DNA of 32,000 nt, from the NCBI RefSeq assembly GCF_001457615.1, contig NZ_LN831024.1:2460001-2492000 (forward strand). The letters are read 5' to 3'. The position numbers and the translations under genes were made by a program. This stretch comes from Pseudomonas aeruginosa. GTDB taxonomy: Bacteria; Pseudomonadota; Gammaproteobacteria; Pseudomonadales; Pseudomonadaceae. Under the pieces are notes generated by a model, which was given only the letters and a program-made list of their open reading frames with translations, was not told the DNA's origin and ran no database searches. Shown here in pieces: positions 29,914 through 32,000 of the stretch; within the stretch, counting starts at the first letter, position 1; each line of letters begins with the position of its first letter.

Positions 29914-32000
29914 TCAGGCCTTGAACTGTTCCATCAGGCCCTGCTGGTGGTTGGCCAGGCGGTTCAGCGACTGACTGACCTGGGCCGATTCCTCGGCCTG
30001 GCTCGACAGCGACTCGGTGACGTCACGGATCGCCGCGACATTGCGGTTGATCTCCTCGGCTACCGAGCTCTGTTCCTCGGCGGCGCTGGCAATCTGCAGG
30101 TTCATGTCGTTGATCACCGTCACCGCCTCGCCGATCCGTTGCAGCGCGGCCACCGCTTCATCCACCTGCTCGACGCTGCCCTGGGCCTGGCGATGGCTGC
30201 CATGCATGGCGTCGACCACGTCGCGGGTGCCCTGTTGCAGGCCTTCGATCACCCCGCGGATCTGTTCCACCGAGTCCTGGGTGCGCCGGGCGAGGTTGCG
30301 CACTTCGTCGGCGACCACCGCGAAGCCGCGGCCGGCGTCGCCGGCGCGGGCCGCCTCGATGGCCGCGTTGAGCGCCAGCAGGTTGGTCTGCTCGGCGATG
30401 GCGCGGATCACTTCCAGCACCGAACCGATTTCCTCGCTGCTGCTGGCCAGTTGCTCGACCTGGCCCATGGCGCTGGTCAGGTTGGCGGCCAGGCTGTCGA
30501 TGCTCTGGGTGGTGCGGTCGATCAGCGCCAGGCCGTCGCGGGTCGCCTGGTCGGCACCGCGCGCGGCGTCGGCGGCCTGGGCGGCGCTACGGGCGACGTC
30601 CTGGGCAGTGGCGGTCATCTCGTGGGATGCGGTGGCGACCTGGTCGATCTCGCGGAACTGCTGCTGCATGCCGGCGCTGGTCTGGCTGGAAATCGCCGCC
30701 GACTGGTCGGCGGTACTGCGCGCATCGCGCACCGAGACCTTCACGTCGCGGATGATCGGCTGCAGCTTGTCGAGAAAACGGTTGAACCAACCGGCCAGTT
30801 CGCCCAGCTCGTCGCGCCCGGTGTGCGGCAGACGCTGGGTCAGGTCGCCTTCGCCGCTGGCGATGTCGCGCAGCATGTGGGCGACGCCGAGGATCGGCCG
30901 GGTCACGCCGCGGGCGCTCAGCCACAGCACCAGCAGGCCGAGCACCGCGGCGCCGAGGCCGAGGCCCAGTTCGACCCAGGTGCCTTCGCGACGCATGTCG
31001 TCCAGTTGCCGCTCCAGCGCCAGGGCCGGGCCGAGCAGGGCGCTCTTCGGCACTTCGAGGAGCACGCCCCAGGGCTTGGCGCCGGGAATCGGCTGCAACG
31101 GTTGCAGCACCTTGAGGTCGTCGTTCTCGTTGAACAACCGGCTCTTGCCGGCGGCCAGCAGTTGCAGGAGTTCGCCGGCGTGCTGCGGATCCGCCTTGGC
31201 CAGGTTCTTGCCGAGCAGGCCGGCGTCGCGGCTGTTGCCGGCGAACAGCCCGGCGGGGCTGAGGATGCCGACCTGGCCGACGCCGTCGTAGAGTTCGCGG
31301 TTGCCCTGTTCGCTGAGCGCCTGCAGGTTGCTCAGGTTGATGTCCAGGCCCATCACGCCGATCACCTTGCCATCCAGTTCGAGGGGAAAGGCGATGCTGG
31401 TCATCAGCAGTTGGCGTTCGCCGACCTTGTCGAAGTAAGGATCGAGCACGCAGGGTTGCCCGCTTTCCTTCGGGCAGGTGTACCAGGCGTTGTAGGCCGC
31501 GCCGCTGGGCCCGCTGCTGGTGTCGGCGAGTTCGGACTCGATCATCGACTCGGATTCCAGCTGTCCCGGCGTGGCCTGCGCCCAGTACAGGGAGAAGCGT
31601 CCCTTGTCGTTGCTGCCCAGGGCGGGCTGGTCGACGAACAGTTCGTCCTTGCCGTCCAGCGCATTGGGTTCGAAGACCACGTACAGGCCGAGCACCTCGG
31701 GATTGGCGGCGAGCGCGGTGCGCACCTGGCGGGTCAGGTCTTCGCGCAGGTCGTAGGCATCGAGGAAGCGCTTCTGCGCCTGGTCGCGGAGGAACAGGAT
31801 CTGCCGGGAGAAGCCCTTGCCGTACTGGAAGGCATCCATGAAATAGCGCTGGATGCGTAACGCCTGCAATTCCCCGCGGGCTTCCAGGCGCAGGCGCGCC
31901 GATTCGTCGAGCATCTGCGTACTGGCGCTTTTCACCAGCACGCTGCTGTGCTGCATGCGGTAGACCGAAAGGCCGACCAGCAAGGCGACCACGCCGAGCA
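29914..32000 (-). CDS. tlpQ: Methyl-accepting chemotaxis protein with a periplasmic dCache-type sensor; N-terminus outside the window
   Basis: Conserved MCP hairpin [42 protein letters not shown] follows the TM helix [22 protein letters not shown]. The large periplasmic region is Cache-like. The frame stays open to nt 32000 (the track start at 31992 is an internal GTG inside TM1). The TlpQ assignment is by synteny and memory. Confidence 0.8.
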   Translation of the reverse strand, partial: LGVVALLVGLSVYRMQHSSVLVKSASTQMLDESARLRLEARGELQALRIQRYFMDAFQYGKGFSRQILFLRDQAQKRFLDAYDLREDLTRQVRTALAANPEVLGLYVVFEPNALDGKDELFVDQPALGSNDKGRFSLYWAQATPGQLESESMIESELADTSSGPSGAAYNAWYTCPKESGQPCVLDPYFDKVGERQLLMTSIAFPLELDGKVIGVMGLDINLSNLQALSEQGNRELYDGVGQVGILSPAGLFAGNSRDAGLLGKNLAKADPQHAGELLQLLAAGKSRLFNENDDLKVLQPLQPIPGAKPWGVLLEVPKSALLGPALALERQLDDMRREGTWVELGLGLGAAVLGLLVLWLSARGVTRPILGVAHMLRDIASGEGDLTQRLPHTGRDELGELAGWFNRFLDKLQPIIRDVKVSVRDARSTADQSAAISSQTSAGMQQQFREIDQVATASHEMTATAQDVARSAAQAADAARGADQATRDGLALIDRTTQSIDSLAANLTSAMGQVEQLASSSEEIGSVLEVIRAIAEQTNLLALNAAIEAARAGDAGRGFAVVADEVRNLARRTQDSVEQIRGVIEGLQQGTRDVVDAMHGSHRQAQGSVEQVDEAVAALQRIGEAVTVINDMNLQIASAAEEQSSVAEEINRNVAAIRDVTESLSSQAEESAQVSQSLNRLANHQQGLMEQFKA

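Noticed and set aside
29680-31860. 726-aa + strand ORF and 30017..31291 (+)
   Set aside because: They are antisense to the chemoreceptor, whose MCP signalling hairpin and HAMP are unmistakable.
1-32000. Search by eye for CRISPR arrays, tRNA/rRNA genes, IS elements, integrases, phage genes and REP-like repeat clusters
   Set aside because: I found no regularly spaced direct repeats, cloverleaf-type or rRNA-like segments, transposase or integrase-like ORFs, or terminal inverted repeats. A computational scan (tRNAscan, Infernal, ISfinder, a repeat finder) would be needed to exclude small elements.

Overview
High-GC, Pseudomonas aeruginosa-type chromosomal segment. The gene order matches my recollection of PAO1 from roughly PA2684 down to PA2654, read in reverse; that assignment comes from memory, not from a search. 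Contents from left to right: (1) The 3' ~3.8 kb of an Rhs-family T6SS effector (Tse5-like), with a 63-aa immunity gene overlapping its stop codon. (2) Ordinary accessory metabolism and regulation genes: a PLP-dependent dehydratase, a dienelactone-hydrolase fusion, a quinone oxidoreductase with a LysR regulator, and a SAM methyltransferase. (3) A visibly lower-GC block of about 9 kb. It has a ~590 bp non-coding leader. Next comes an orphan ABC-2 (Wzm-like) permease whose 3' end overlaps a GspE/MshE-type ATPase carrying tandem MshEN c-di-GMP motifs. GspF, GspG, four minor pseudopilins (H/I/J/K-like), GspL-like and GspM-like proteins and a small exported four-Cys protein follow. No secretin, GspC or prepilin peptidase is present. 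(4) mvaU (an H-NS-like silencer) with an AT-rich promoter, then queD. (5) The NO-detoxification pair fhpR/fhp with three GT-N7-AC boxes and a sigma-54 -24 element, followed by a small membrane protein and nnrS. (6) A minus-strand operon of a patatin-like lipase, an alpha/beta hydrolase and a DUF5329-like exported protein; the last two genes overlap by 131 nt. (7) The bqsPQRST-like Fe(II)-sensing two-component operon. (8) A TlpQ-like chemoreceptor, 5'-truncated by the window edge. I found no rRNA, tRNA, CRISPR array, IS element or integrase. The most interesting unexplained system is the secretin-less pseudopilus/T2SS-like block, which is headed by an ABC-2 permease and driven by a probable c-di-GMP-binding ATPase. 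Many long ORFs in the supplied track are antisense or out-of-frame artefacts of the high GC content and were rejected.
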